This document shows positions 37,787-51,530 of a DNA stretch of 64,000 bases, one piece after another (position 1 is the first letter of the stretch; the number at the start of each line of letters is the position of its first letter). The notes under the pieces were generated by a model, which worked only from the letters and a program-made list of their open reading frames with translations, was not told where the DNA came from and made no database searches. Location: the sequence record MF498774.1, one strand, 5' to 3'. Both the position numbers and the translations under genes were made by a program.

Positions 37787-38239
37787 CTACCTCTTTTTAT
37801 TGTTAATTTTTAAGAATATGGATGTAAATTTATCACCACAACACGACCGATGTTGTGTATGTGGAACAACACCAAGAGATTCCCAAAATAAAACAGAATA
37901 AGAATATCCAGTATAAGCCCAATGACTTTCACCGTCAACCTTCAATCTGTTTACTAGTTCGGAACCGACACCCGAGTTACGAAATTCATCTTTGACGTAA
38001 CACATCATAAAGTTTTTATAACCACTCATGATCCCACGGGTTGCTAGTCCAACGGGGTTACCGTCCTTGTACTTGATTGCAACTTTGGTGATAAACCTCT
38101 TTTCAAATTCGATAACTTGTACGAGATATGGTTTCAATGACCACCCTTCAACATACATTTTCTTATCTAAAAGATATTGACAGATCTCTTTGATATGAGA
38201 TCCAGAATAAACCTTTACATCACCATAGTCAACAATCAT
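37787..38239 (-). CDS. GNAT acetyltransferase
   Basis: CYVKDEFRNSGVGSELV acetyl-CoA binding motif. Confidence 0.8.
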   Translation of the reverse strand: MIVDYGDVKVYSGSHIKEICQYLLDKKMYVEGWSLKPYLVQVIEFEKRFITKVAIKYKDGNPVGLATRGIMSGYKNFMMCYVKDEFRNSGVGSELVNRLKVDGESHWAYTGYSYSVLFWESLGVVPHTQHRSCCGDKFTSIFLKINNKKR

Positions 38240-38240
38240 G

Positions 38241-39342
38241 TTATACTACCTCAAATCCGTCAGTGTTCATCTCTTCGAGATGACCCCATTCACTAGTACC
38301 CAACGAGATGACTTTCCCTTCTTCTGTGACGATTACGTAATCACGAGCACAAATATCCAAACAATCACCATCTACTGTTGGTGGATTATAAGCCTCTTGA
38401 CCATCAAACGGGATCTGTTTCAGAACATAAACCCATTTGATGTTAGGAAACAACCCTTTCAGGTTAGTCAATGCATGTTCACACTTAACATACTTATATG
38501 AATCTACATGCCAACTTTCGCCATAAAACTCGTTTACATTATCAAAATCAATCATAAATCACCTTAAAATTGGATACTTGGGGAAACCATATAACTTTCG
38601 ATATCCATATGTGGGAAGTACGTAATTGTCAAGGTATCAACACCTTTAACCATTCGATCCTCAACAGGTACATGACGGTTAATTTCCTTCCGAATCTCCT
38701 TGAGGTCATCTTTAACACTATGAGTTTTCCCACGAACCTTTTTCCCAGAAAGGCTGATCGTGGTTTTCCCAAGTACATTACTATAATACGAAGTGATATA
38801 AACCATACTCTCTCCTTTGTCGGTGTATTGATATGTTCTCATCCAATACACCTTTTGTCAACTACTTATACTGTTTACAAACACCAAATATCTTGAGTCT
38901 CTGTGTCATCCCGAACTACATCTAGTTCACCCCAACAATCAGTTTTCTTCGCAATTTCGATTGCTTCCTCTTCTGAGTTTGCATATACATAAGCAGTCTT
39001 GTGTCCGCGAATGTATCCACTAATCTCTTTTCTTACCTCATACTCTTTCATCTGGCTCATCTTTTACCCCTCATAATTCTTTTCAAGTACATCAATGATA
39101 TGAGAAACCATAGCTTTGTTCTTATCCTTTTCCCAACTAAAGTGTCTGATATCCATAGAGAAAAGACTTTTTGGGAGAGAAAATTTGCGTATTAAGAACC
39201 CATCACCTCGACTCGTGGGGTCATCAACAAAGAAATCATATTCATCTTCCCATACACGAATTTCTTTAAGATATTTCTTGACAAATTGAGAAACTGTAAT
39301 ATCAATTGTTTTTGTTGTTACTACTTGGTATGTATGTTTCAT
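38241..39342 (-). other. Four hypothetical genes (38241-38555, 38564-38851, 38875-39060, 39064-39342)
   Basis: ORF track. Confidence 0.65.
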
Positions 39343-40058
39343 CAGTAAAATTCCGCTGTTGCTATTTCGACCATGGGACTTACACCATGCCACTCAGAAA
39401 GATAAATCGAAGTGTCTACACCACATCCCGGATCAAGACGGATACCGGTTTGTTCGGTGAACTTCAAATACTTATTTGATTGGTCTTTGTCACAAAATGA
39501 ACGTACACCACTGTATTTAAATCCAGCACTCATTTGGGGGATAATAAAGACCCCGAATTCAGATACCTTACTGGCAGCCTCTATAACCTTATATTCGAAT
39601 TCTGCACCAGTATACCGACCTTTATAACCAGATGTATTGATGTTGCCAAAAGGTGGATTGCTAATACAAAAATCAAATCGGTCATTAGTGTTATCACAGT
39701 ATTCCAGTGCATCACCACGGATCCAGTTTGCATGTGGTACGACTCGTTTACCAACCTCAAAATATTCGTGGTTCAACTCAACACAAGTAACATCGTTGTC
39801 ATACAACCAGAAAGACAAACCACCAATACCAGCACATAGATCCAATACAGAGCGGTCTGGGTTAACTTCGATCATAGCATCACGAGCTAACATAACTGGT
39901 GTGAAAAATGCACCAGCAAGGCCATTCATCTGGGTTGCACCCTCTTGATAATTCTCAAGGATAAAACGACGTTCGTCCCATGAGAGGACTTTATCAGAGT
40001 GAACAAGATCCATAGCCTTGTTATGGAGTTTCAACGCCTGTTTGCTGATCTTAGCCAT
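39342..40058 (-). CDS. SAM-dependent N6-adenine DNA methyltransferase-like protein
   Basis: FFTP, DLCAGIGG (motif I), SNPPF (motif IV). Confidence 0.85.
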   Translation of the reverse strand: MAKISKQALKLHNKAMDLVHSDKVLSWDERRFILENYQEGATQMNGLAGAFFTPVMLARDAMIEVNPDRSVLDLCAGIGGLSFWLYDNDVTCVELNHEYFEVGKRVVPHANWIRGDALEYCDNTNDRFDFCISNPPFGNINTSGYKGRYTGAEFEYKVIEAASKVSEFGVFIIPQMSAGFKYSGVRSFCDKDQSNKYLKFTEQTGIRLDPGCGVDTSIYLSEWHGVSPMVEIATAEFY

Positions 40059-40061
40059 CGG

Positions 40062-40845
40062 TCATTTACTCCATCGCTTGTATTCGGTAGGGCAGATGTC
40101 TTGTACCGGACATTCATCACAGTATCCGGTTGTGTACTTGACTTCTACACCGGGCTCGGTCACTTCTTCCCATACCTCATTATCGATTGCTTCGTTATGG
40201 ATACAGCCCCAGATTTCTGCTTCTTTCCGGTTCCAGTAAAACACAGGCATTGTGTTAGCAATCTTGGTGCAAAGTTTTTGAAGCTTCTCCTTATTGTCCA
40301 TTACATTACGTTTTTGAACGGCTTTCAGTTCTTTATACTCTTCTTCTGTCAAAATGTATTGCATTACACAAACTCCAATTTAAGGAAAGAACCTTTGAGA
40401 TGACCGACGTGTCGGCCACCCATAGACGGAACACCAAGATAAGAATCCCAATCAATACCATACTGAGTTTTCTTTGGGAATAGCACCACATGAATGGAGC
40501 GAACATCGGGTTTCTTATCTGTTCCGCTATTCCACAAGTAGGTTCCGGGGGTTTTTGGTGTATAGGGCGAAAAACTACTCAGACAGACCTCCATCACTTA
40601 CCCTCTTTCAGCATATCGATAAACGCCCCGCGAATAGATTCCTTGCATTCTTCGGTGTTTTGGTTGCTACCACACCAGATAGACTCAGCAACGCCTTTAA
40701 GGCCCTGTTCCTGTACGTTAACGGCAGCATAACCAACAAGAGCGACTTGTGCTGCAATCATCAAGAGAACACCGATAAAGAACACTGTAAAGATCTTGTT
40801 GAAGTGGCGGAAAAACCAAGGCTGATTGCTGTTAAAATTGCGCAT
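40062..40845 (-). other. Three hypothetical genes (40062-40364, 40364-40597, 40594-40845 with TM)
   Basis: ORF track. Confidence 0.65.
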
Positions 40846-40848
40846 ATT

Positions 40849-41334
40849 TTATTCCTCAATGTCAATAATAAAATTTGATGGGGTGATATTCGAGCCTACC
40901 GACTCAAGTTCTTTGTAAATATCACGTTCTCGAATCTTAAGCTGTTGTAGTTCTTTTGTCAACATACTTTCTTTACTTTTAATATGACTCTGAACGAATT
41001 TATCCTTGACATACTCAGATACTTCTGGGTCGTTCATAGCCCATTCCATCATCATAGTCTTTGTAAATTCCGGTTGTCCGCTCAAAGTAATTTCTTCTGA
41101 ATCAAGAAAAGATTCCATCTCAGTTTTGGTAAATGGCATTCTGTACCCCGGATGATAATTCACGGTTTTTCGATCTTCACTAATGACAACCGGTCGAAAG
41201 AGTTCATCCTCTTCAATAGTAAACCATTTGGGGTATTCACATACGGAAATGATACTATTGTACAAATTATCGTTATTGTTGATGACAAACAAATCCCAAG
41301 TGGCTTGACTTTTAAACTTATATTTCTTTTTCAT
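40849..41334 (-). CDS. K[IV]RFK family protein
   Basis: KKYKFKSQATWDLF...NDN. Confidence 0.65.
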   Translation of the reverse strand: MKKKYKFKSQATWDLFVINNNDNLYNSIISVCEYPKWFTIEEDELFRPVVISEDRKTVNYHPGYRMPFTKTEMESFLDSEEITLSGQPEFTKTMMMEWAMNDPEVSEYVKDKFVQSHIKSKESMLTKELQQLKIRERDIYKELESVGSNITPSNFIIDIEE

Positions 41335-41335
41335 C

Positions 41336-44300
41336 TTATTTCCCGTTCAAAAATTGTTTCAGTTGTTCTTTGTATTGGTCAAGTTCGATACGAGCTTGAG
41401 CCTTGGCAGCCTTATTAGCTTCTTCTCGGATAGTATTGCTATAGATCCAATGGTTGTCTGTTCCCCCAGAAGTTGTTACCGAAATACCGTTTTTGATAAT
41501 ATCTTCCAAAACTTTGATCTGATCAATGATTTTATGGGATTGTTCGTAAGTCATGTTTGTATCTCCTAATTATCCGAGATCTTGAAGGATGAGAATGGTT
41601 CGGTTTGCTGGGTCTGCGTGAACATCATAGAACCCTTTATACTGGCCGTCTGTGATGACGAAGGAGTTACCCCAACCAATAGATACCTTTTGGTAATTGA
41701 TATCATGCCGCTTAAAGAAACGTTCTGCCATTTCTTCACTGTGACCAGATAACCAACGAAGTTCAACGGCATATGCACCAGTAGGAAGAAGTTCGAAATT
41801 TTTCATGATATTTTACCTCTTAGTTGAACCACGGGTCGTTAATCATTTCTTCTAAACGAGCTTGGATTTCTTTGATCTCTTGCTCGTAATCAGCGAGAAG
41901 ACCAGCATATTCTTTTTTGGTGTTATCGTCAATGTCTTTTGACAACATATTTCGACAGTATGCGGCCTGTTTACCAAGTGATTCTAACTTCTTCATGTTC
42001 AGTTCAACATAGTGGTTCATATCGTTTCCTCCGAATCAACAAAGCCCATTCTACACGAACGGGCTAAAGATGCAACTACTATTTTTAGAAACTATCCTAA
42101 TTCATATAAGCCTGATATAGATAAATCTTTGGACCATAATGAGAATATTTCTCAATCCACAAAAATTCATGCTCTAAACCAAATTTATCTGATGCTTTCC
42201 AGATATACCCATCGTCTCTATTTGCATTGACTTTGGTAAATTCTGGTTTCTTTGTGCATTTAAATGGACCAAAACGACCATCCCAAAATTCAGTTCCAAT
42301 ATCTATTTTTTCGATTACGTCTTTCATATTTGCACCTCGTGATATGACAATATGATGTCATTTACCGTTTCAACTGAGCAAGACTTGATATTATCCTTGC
42401 TGGTGTAGTATGTCATTACTAACACATCTTCGCCGTGGATATTCATTTCAGACACAAAGAAATCGTATGTGTCATCATATCCATATTCGGTGATTTTACC
42501 AGTAGACCCTACTTGTAGTCGGTCTGTTATCACCCGGTTTACATCATGACCGTGTGGGGTGTTGATTCCATGTTCTACATGTACGATATCATCACCGTGT
42601 TTTTCTTGAAACTCTACGCTTGACATATAAACTGGGTGGTTTCCGAATGGATTAGGTGTGATCTGTCGACCCCCGGAAACACGAACTAAAAGTTGTACAT
42701 CACCTTTCATATAAACTGTATAATAACCAAACGTCATTTTCTTGACAAAATCATTGAGCTTTATATTCATAACCAGTCCTCACCGAGTAACAAAGTAATA
42801 GATACCGTAATACCAAAGGATCTCAGTGATAGTACCAATTGGGTGTTGACTAACAGTCAGTTTGCCATCACCAAACAGTTTGTTATTGATTACCGCAATA
42901 CGAAGAAGTGGGGCGTTCCAATGGAAGTATGTACCAATAACCATAAGTACCAGAGAAAAACATTCTCCAGCAGACAAAGTAAACAACCAAGCGTTAATAT
43001 ATTCAAACATAATAATTTCCTCAGTTAAATTTGGCTACAACAGCCATAAAGTTTTCGACGTTTTCATTAAAGAACTTGATTACTGCATCACATGCTTCGA
43101 GTTGGGTTTTCTTCTTACGAAGTACCGGCTTACCAACACTACTCAAAAGGACTTTAAACTTTGTTTCATCTTCGTGCATGATGAATTGAATGATTCGCCC
43201 ATTGAAGTATTCGACTCCAGTTTCAACCTCTTTACCAGTTGCAATGAATGCAACGGTAGTATCGGCTTGCCCAATACACCAGCTAGGATATGCCTGAATG
43301 TATGGGAGAAGAACAGGATCTACCTTAGAAAGGATATAATCCGCATTCTTTTGCATTTCTGCGATACGGGTGGCCTTGTTTACTTCATATTCGTTAGCAG
43401 TCATGGTTTCTTCCTCTGGTTTCGATATGGATAATGTAATCTATCTATTTTCAAAAAGCAACAATAAATTATTATTTTTCCTTACGAACTTCAAGCCAGA
43501 CCAACAGACCAAATATTACTACAACACCAATCACGGTTTCAAGAACAAAAACATTAAGAAATGTCATAAAATCTCACATATCCAAATAAATATTACTTGC
43601 TTTTTCTAGGTCTTCTTCACTGAAAAACCCATAAACAAGACCATCCAGCCCCATGGTGGATTCATCCCCCTCTCGTTCTTCCCATTCGTATTTTATTCCT
43701 GATAGTTCGAGATGAGTTTCAAACACAGAAGCTGAATTATTCCAGTAGTCAAACCACAATGTATAATGCACTTTACACCCCATATTCTCTTTTGTAAAGT
43801 TCAATATCGTCATCGGTAACGTATGATGAACTACATTTCGTCATATAGCAAGCACTTTCTTTGTTCATCTTAAAGATTCTAGCCGATCCAATTGATACAT
43901 AAGGAATTTTATTCAGGTTGAGGAATGAGTCAACCCATTCCTCTTTACCTTCAACCTCAAGTTTAACAAGCCCGTCGTTCATCTCGGATCCTCTCAACCA
44001 GACCACCAACACCAACCTCAAGGTCGTTACAAAAATAAGAAGGTAGGTCGTCGTTGTAAAGTGTAATCAAATGACCATAACCGACTGTCAAGATCTCTTC
44101 ATTACCTTCAATTTCAACGATAATAGAGTCGGACTTAAAGAAATCTTTTACCACAAAACACACATGTTTAAGACGGTCTGCGTCGTCATAATAAGAAGCT
44201 CGTACAACGTCACCAACCTTAAGTTCTTCACGTTCACCAAACGTATACAAACAGCCGTCAATAAAGGCGTAATGCCACTGCGTTGTGTTACAGTGAGATG

Positions 44301-47300
44301 TTTGTGTTTTGTAATAGTAACTGTGCACAGAATCAAATTTGATCTCTACACCACTCTCTAGTTTGATCTGACCATACATATGGTTTATATCAACGATTTT
44401 CGACTTGAGGTTACCATCATTAAATGAATCGCCAATAGCCAACTTACCCCAAGTATTCTTTTTCCAGAAAATCATACGTCTTCCCTCAATTTTTCGATGT
44501 CTTGTTCGATATCATCAATCTGTCCCCTGAGTTTTTCCCGCTTCCAATAATGGTCAACCCCTGTTAATGCTTCAATATTAAAACATTCTTCAATTTCGCC
44601 ATCAAGTTCACGAACTTTATAATACAGACTCATAATTTCCAACTCGTTTTTATGACCAATCGGAAGAAAACGAGTTGGGGATAATTGAATTTTAACCCCA
44701 GATAGTTGAACAAGGTCACCAGCCATAAGACTTATGTATTTGTCAACAACATATGTTTTACCTACAACTAAAACACCTTCCATCTCAAGGTTATTAACAC
44801 ATACAATCTCTTGATTTTCTTTAAATTTCATGATTACACCTTTACTTTAGACATTGCAAACATAATGGCCGCACGACCAACAGGAGTTTTATCATTGATC
44901 TGTTTACCACACCACAAAACTTTGGCATCAAAGGATTCGAAGGTCAGTTTCTGATCTTCGATATGAGTGTTGAAAAACTCAGCAACCGCTTTTTTGAATT
45001 CTGTGTTAATCATCTTTTCTCTCCTTTGTTGGTACAGGGGTATAATCTCATACCCCCTAATCTACGTCAACTACTTTTTATCTGTCATGTCACGATTAAA
45101 ACGAAAATCTTGATACAACCTGTCTTTCAGTTCCTCTTGAAGCTGGTCGATCTGGTCTACAAGAGAGAATCGATGTGGAAGGTCACAAGGACTGTTTATA
45201 AACTTATCTACAACCCGTTGCGGTTCTTCCGGATCATCATAATCGATTTCGCAATCGATGAATTTGTTTGTGTCTTTTTTGAATAAATATGCAAAACCAT
45301 CATAAGTAAACCAACTCAGTTCACCACTACTAATATCTTTGATGTAGAACTCAAAGAATTTGATGTTTCGTACAGTTAATAGACTTGTTACAGTTGAAAA
45401 CATTTTCATTTTATACTCTCTACAAAATTAGCTGGAATTTCTTCGATCTCAAATTCATCATGAATGAACCAAACATCAATACTTTCTACAACACGAATAA
45501 AATCACCGTCATAATAGGTTGCTTCATGAGTGATATTTTTCTTGATAGTTTCTAGGATAGTTACCCAATTAGGAACACCCTCTTCTTCATCAATCACATT
45601 GCAATCGATATCAAGAAAGCGCTTGAACTGGTTAGCCATATGCGGATTTTCTTCGAGTTTATCAAACAACTCAAAAACTAATGCATCTGTGTAAGGATCA
45701 TTACCATAACCCGGCTCTTTCCAATCATTTGCGCTGTTAAAAAACGGAGCAATAACACGGAAGAAATCGACATCATCGCGAGTCAGACCAGTATGGTAAA
45801 TGGTATGGTAATAATCACCGTCGTTTTCCCAACTAGTGATCCCTACAATGTAACCACGGGGGATAACAGTCCCAATTGGGAGTTCTAATTTTTTCATTTT
45901 AAAATTTCCGATTGTCAATTTTTGCTATTACCATACCGCACATATCTAGGTCTGCTAGGTCATCGCCAAGAGTCGAACAGTCGCTATCAATCCAAGTGTC
46001 GATCTGTTCTTCTTCCACATCAACAACCACACAAACGGTATGGTGAGATTTTACTATCATGTCCATAACTTCAATACGAGTGGGGGTACATTCTGTAATT
46101 TCAACCACATTCATATCATCATCAAAACCAATAAATACGATCATAAAGTTCCTCAATCATTAATTTTTAGATACAAACCATCTTGAAGTAAATCAAGAAC
46201 CGTGTCAACTACTTCACGCTGTACATCCTCAACAGAACCCCTAAGAAAGCCTTTCCAACCATCTTGACCAACAGTACCCATACTGATATCAATTGACCAT
46301 GTATCGTTGTTAAATCGAGTCATAGACACGTTATGATTGTCCATATGGAACGGGCGATATACGTAGTTCACGTAATACGTTTCTTTTGACGCATTACTAT
46401 CCTTTAACCATTCAGGATCCTTGGAGAAATGGATTGCAGCACGAACAGATTCCTTATGACACCCCTTCTCAAACTCTTCCTGTTCACCCCAAGAATCCAT
46501 AGCCGCTTCGATTTCTGATTCAATCATATCATCAACTCGACGCGCTAGGTCGGGAGAAATTTCATCGATCATCCTAACCAGTTCATCCACTTTTAGATTA
46601 TGTTGAATATACATATCAAATCCTTATTTCAATGGAGTTCCGAAATCGAATTGTTCATCTTGTTGTTTCTTTTGCTCGTATTTTTTCCCGACACCAACAC
46701 CGATAATAGTGATTACAACGATGATCAGGAACCATTCGATACCATAAGCAGGAACCCAATAATAAATATTGTTCAGAAAGGCGAACAGAAAAGAGGCTAA
46801 CATATGAAAGTAACGAATAATGAAATCCATAATTATTCCTCGATTGCAAAATATTTTACATCGGCCCACCCCTCGAAATAAAGAGAATCGGTAATATCAT
46901 GTTCCCATGTGTCATATTCATTTTCATATTCAAAAATACGACCGTTCCCGTCTGCATAAAAAGATTCACCAAACGGGAACGGAGTTTCTTGAAAAATACT
47001 GATACCAGTAACAACAAAGTAACCTTTTTCCGGAATACCATCAACTTGAACAAGTTTCATTTTTAACCTCAAAATAAGTGTGTAAGGGTTTGAGACTGCT
47101 TTGGGGTCTCGACATAATCAATATACTTTTTGTTTAGGTCTTTGTCAAACACTAAAATCTGCCCATTGATACTATCATGTTGGGAGATCATCGACCTCCC
47201 ATACTTAAACAGAGCCTCGTTGTGATTATCCGTGATAATATCCTGATAGTCAATCCAAAATCCAGTATTTCTATCTTTGAACCTTGAATGTCGATAGTTT

Positions 47301-48999
47301 GACATTAAGAAAAATCTAAGTTCTTCCTTCGAACACATCAGATGTAATCCTTTACCAATCGGCGCATCATACCCTTTGCCTCTTCGAGTTGAGAGTTAAG
47401 GAAAATTACTTTGTTTTCTGCAATCGCTTTCTCTTTGATGATATTATCGATTGTATCTTTGATGTATTCAAACTCTGATGTATTTTTTACTGTGATGGTT
47501 TCGGTTGAAACATTAACGGGTTTCGTGGACTTCGGTTTTTTAACCTTATCCCCAATATCCTGATTCAAAATAATACTAATATGTGGTTGTTCACCAAATG
47601 TTTCATACATGTACCTAATATCAATCAGATCTAGGAATCTTAAAAATTCTTTACTGTGACCATGGATGGATAGAAACGGGCCATTTATCAAACATTTTGA
47701 AAAACTAAAAAGTTTTGTATCTAACCCTTTCTTTTTACAAAGATTTTCTATTTTTGTACCAATACCAGATGCAGGCTCGTAACGATAGAGTGAATATATA
47801 CCACAATAATTTACAAACAAATCAAATCTTGATTTTGCAGATGAATAATTATCCCCATCATAGCCACGGAGAAGGTATTTTTTGATGAGACGACTAGTAT
47901 TCCGTTTCCATCGTGCTTGTTTAGCTGCGTTTCGTAATACTGCTTTTCCACTACTCATTTTTATCCCTCAACAATAGATTCATAACTAAACAAACGACCA
48001 CACGGAACATCTGGTTTTGTTGAGCTAAATTTCAACAGATATCGTTTCCCATTGTACCAAACTTTAATGTCTGTGTAATACAAATCACAGTCTGGTCGTG
48101 GACGTCCATCGTTGCTAATAGATCCTTTCTTGATAACAGTCTGTTTCCTACTTAGTTCCTCTACGATACCATACTTGATTGCGATCTCCAACGATTCACC
48201 CTCTTGGAAAGGGAAAATATCAGTCACTCCAAACGCATCATTATATTCGTGGAAGTAAGCCCACTTGTCACCTTCCTCAAGTTGGTTCTCCATATCATCA
48301 ATATAGAGATATGGGGTATGGGGATATCCTTCTTCGTTAAAGAACTGTTCATCACAGTCGGCCCAATCGATTTCACCGTAAAAGTAATCATCGCGGTCTT
48401 CATCACCGGGCTTACAGGCTACACCAACAATACCCATTTTAAGATGGTCGTTCACAAAGCCAAACGAATAACCACGATCCAAATAACAGATCTCTAAACC
48501 GGGGATTGGTGGTTCGTCCACCCCGATTTCATAAATGTTAAGAGTTCGCATTATCATCATCCCAATCTTTAATTGCTACATCGAAAGCCAGTTTGTTATA
48601 ACCGGTTTCGTTCCAATTCTCTTTGACAAATTCTTTTGTCAGTTCTTCCCGAAGGTTATTAACTGATGCAATAACAAACTCTTTTCGTGAATATGTCTCT
48701 GGGCTTTCATAAAGAACACCGTCGATTAACGCAACAATGTCATAAGGCTCATCGGTCTTTAGATTAGTTGCCCATATTCGGGGTTGGATGTTAACTTGTG
48801 GAGCAGAAACAAACCAATTTTTCCCATCTACATCAATAAACATAGTACCCGATTGGTCTTCAAAGAAATCAGTAGCACCATCAACACCACGATAAAAATT
48901 GTATTCAGTTTGATTGCGGATTTGTTCCAGAAGGTCAATATGGATACTTGCATTGTCTTTCGATTTAAATTCTTCGTAAACTTCTTTGATAGTCTTCAT
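41336..48999 (-). other. Run of about 22 small hypothetical genes
   Basis: Continuous - strand ORFs with overlapping stops/starts and SDs; no motif recognised. Confidence 0.7.
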
Positions 49000-49057
49000 A
49001 ATATTTCCTTTGTTAAGTTACGGGAGTATTATCACACACTCCCGTTATGTCGTCAAC

Positions 49058-49912
49058 TCAATCGTGCATTTTAGGACGCTGGATTACAGTCTGGTTGACC
49101 CCTTTATATTCTTCGTGAGCCTTGATAGAGAATGACATAACTGCGGTGTTACCCTTGGTTGGGATAGACTTCAAAGATGAACCCATGTATTTGTAAGTCC
49201 GGCCTTCTGAGTCAATCAACACAGCGAGGTAAACATCATAATCACCGTAATATTGAGCTGATTTAACACACATCTCAAAAGTGGTGGTGAGTTCTACTTT
49301 CTTCACCCGATCACCAACAGCACCGAAGAATTCATTCAACTGATTTTTCTTGAACTCGAAATCAGCAATACCGTTTTCAATTGCAATCTTTTGTGCATCA
49401 GACATAGAGCAGTAATGGATACAGGATTCGATGATCTCTTCAATCCACTCGTAACCAGTAGCCAACCCAGCGTCGAACAGTTCTTTGTGGGTCTCGCGAT
49501 ACACTTTACGCTTTGTGTCCCATTCATCCTGTATGGCCTTCTGAGCCATTTCTTTATCGGTGAGACCACCATTACGCACTCGTTCCTCTTCGTTGCGCTT
49601 GCGCGTTTCTGCGGCCTTCTGTGCGTTGTTGAAAGCCTTACGCTCGGCCTTGACAGCATCAATCAATGTGGTGTCGTTGGTGTAGTTCACACACTCACAA
49701 CCAACCACAAATTTCTGACCGTCTGCATCGTGGATCATGTAGTTGTATACGATACCAGTACCACACACATGACAGGAACCAGCACCATAACCTTGAGGGA
49801 GTGCCGCATAATCCTGCATAGTTGCAGTATCCTTGTTAGGCATCTTGAACATACCAACACAACGGAACGGAGCCTTACCAACACCCTGAGATTCCCATTT
49901 GTTCATAGTCAT
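49058..49912 (-). CDS. Hypothetical protein with N-terminal Cys pairs and an OB-fold-like C-terminus
   Basis: CHVC..VGCEC; IKAHEEYKGVNQTVIQRPK. Confidence 0.65.
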   Translation of the reverse strand: MTMNKWESQGVGKAPFRCVGMFKMPNKDTATMQDYAALPQGYGAGSCHVCGTGIVYNYMIHDADGQKFVVGCECVNYTNDTTLIDAVKAERKAFNNAQKAAETRKRNEEERVRNGGLTDKEMAQKAIQDEWDTKRKVYRETHKELFDAGLATGYEWIEEIIESCIHYCSMSDAQKIAIENGIADFEFKKNQLNEFFGAVGDRVKKVELTTTFEMCVKSAQYYGDYDVYLAVLIDSEGRTYKYMGSSLKSIPTKGNTAVMSFSIKAHEEYKGVNQTVIQRPKMHD

Positions 49913-49980
49913 GATTTCTTCCTCAATAGTTATGTCCCAATCGACAAAAAGAGTATCCCATAAATGAGATACCCCGTCAA

Positions 49981-50370
49981 CTAAATTTCGTCATCCATTT
50001 CCAAGTTTTTGAATGGATTGTGGTTATATACGTTTTTGTCCATATACAGTTCCATCAGGTCATACATGAACTTGGAAATATTACGATTCTGTTTACTTTC
50101 AAGTGTGGCACGGTTACACAGGTTGCAACCGGATTGATTGCAATAGGAATTCCACTTGGCGAGATACAAATCCTTATAAAACAGATAGATAACTCCATCC
50201 ACCTTATGAAGAACAATGTTTTTCTCTACCCAAATTTCTGCTTCGATGAAGTCCTCAAACACACAATCATTAATACCAAGCTTGGTTAAGACATTATGAA
50301 AGCCCGATTGGTCAACCAAAACCTCAGACTGTCCACTACTAACAATCTCAATAAGTTCAATTAGTTTCAT
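49981..50370 (-). CDS. Hypothetical protein
   Basis: ORF track. Confidence 0.6.
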   Translation of the reverse strand: MKLIELIEIVSSGQSEVLVDQSGFHNVLTKLGINDCVFEDFIEAEIWVEKNIVLHKVDGVIYLFYKDLYLAKWNSYCNQSGCNLCNRATLESKQNRNISKFMYDLMELYMDKNVYNHNPFKNLEMDDEI

Positions 50371-50379
50371 TATCGTTCC

Positions 50380-50727
50380 TTAGTTGGCATAGTTGTTGCG
50401 ACGGTTCAGTTTCAGAGCGGTTTTCATTTCAGATTTATTGAAAGAGTAATGAACAGAACCATCCTCATAGGTAGTTTTCTTAACAGTGACTTCCAGCTTA
50501 TCACCAGCTTTAGCATAGCAACCAAGGCAGTTTGTACCCTTCTGAGAAACAACGTGGTTGTTCATCTCGATACCTTCGGAAGTGGTAACACTAACACGCT
50601 GGCTATCGGAATGCTTCTTAACGAACTTGGTAACAGTCACAGTATCAACGAAAGAAACTTCGCTAACTTCTTTCTTGCAACCAACCAGAACGAACAGGGC
50701 AATCAGAGCAATCAGTACGTGTTTCAT
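50380..50727 (-). CDS. Lipoprotein, paralog 1
   Basis: LVGC lipobox; CLGCYAKAGDK. Confidence 0.8.
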   Translation of the reverse strand: MKHVLIALIALFVLVGCKKEVSEVSFVDTVTVTKFVKKHSDSQRVSVTTSEGIEMNNHVVSQKGTNCLGCYAKAGDKLEVTVKKTTYEDGSVHYSFNKSEMKTALKLNRRNNYAN

Positions 50728-50757
50728 AATCTTTCCTCAGTTAGGTATCTCGCTTCG

Positions 50758-50798
50758 ATGTAGGTATAATACCATAACCAAAGACCGATGCAAGTACT
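50758..50798 (-). promoter_or_regulatory. Early sigma70 promoter, exact 41-bp duplicate of 51256-51296
   Basis: TTGCAT...TGG TATTAT on the - strand. Confidence 0.8.
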
Positions 50799-51042
50799 AA
50801 ATCACACAATTTCGATAATATGCACCAGAATGCCATGGCAAAGGATTAATCTCTTTTGGATCGATACCACATTGAACCATCATCAACTCGTGTGTTTTTC
50901 TCTTAAAGCACCGACTCTCGTTAAGATAACAAGCGTAACCACCATCATAAATTTGAACAACGTGGCGAGTGAATCCACCATCATGAGAATAGATTAGGTC
51001 CTTCCCATGATTTGTTTTACGAACAATCACATTCATTGTCAA
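50797..51042 (-). CDS. Hypothetical protein
   Basis: ORF track. Confidence 0.55.
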   Translation of the reverse strand: MTMNVIVRKTNHGKDLIYSHDGGFTRHVVQIYDGGYACYLNESRCFKRKTHELMMVQCGIDPKEINPLPWHSGAYYRNCVI

Positions 51043-51236
51043 TCCTCAAAATACCAACACGGGTGAGTGTTATCAAAATCGACTGGGGTTTTCCACTCAC
51101 CGTACTACACATCATAACAAATATTAGAATCCCCCTTGAAGAAACTAATAGAATCACTTGCTGGTGCACCAACATAACGAAGAACGTAAAACTTGGTATT
51201 GTTAGGCACGGCTTTGAATTCACATTCGATTTTCAT
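51039..51236 (-). pseudogene. 65-codon ORF interrupted by an in-frame TAG at 51105-51107
   Basis: MKIECEF...ICYDV*YGEWKTPVDFDNTHPCWYFED*; SD and promoter upstream. Confidence 0.5.
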
Positions 51237-51296
51237 AACAGTCTCCTTTGTTTCTATGTAGGTATAATACCATAACCAAAGACCGATGCAAGTACT

Positions 51297-51530
51297 TTAT
51301 TCCATCCTCAGTGAATCCAGCATCTCATTAATACGGTCTTTGAATACATATGAACAACCTCGCCACGCAAAAAACATTTTGCCAGTACAAGGCTCACGAA
51401 ACAATGGAAAAGAAATCTTACCCAAGTCAGAGAGCATCTTGTCAGTTGCTTCAATCTGGTCGCCAGCTTTGATACCCTTCGCAAGTTTAAGTAGCGCGTT
51501 TATCTCTTTCTGACTATATTTTTTCTTCAT
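51297..51530 (-). CDS. Hypothetical protein
   Basis: ORF track. Confidence 0.6.
   Translation of the reverse strand: MKKKYSQKEINALLKLAKGIKAGDQIEATDKMLSDLGKISFPLFREPCTGKMFFAWRGCSYVFKDRINEMLDSLRME

Noticed and set aside
51105-51107. Genome-wide TAG recoding
   Set aside because: TAG ends several intact genes and no suppressor tRNA is present in the window.
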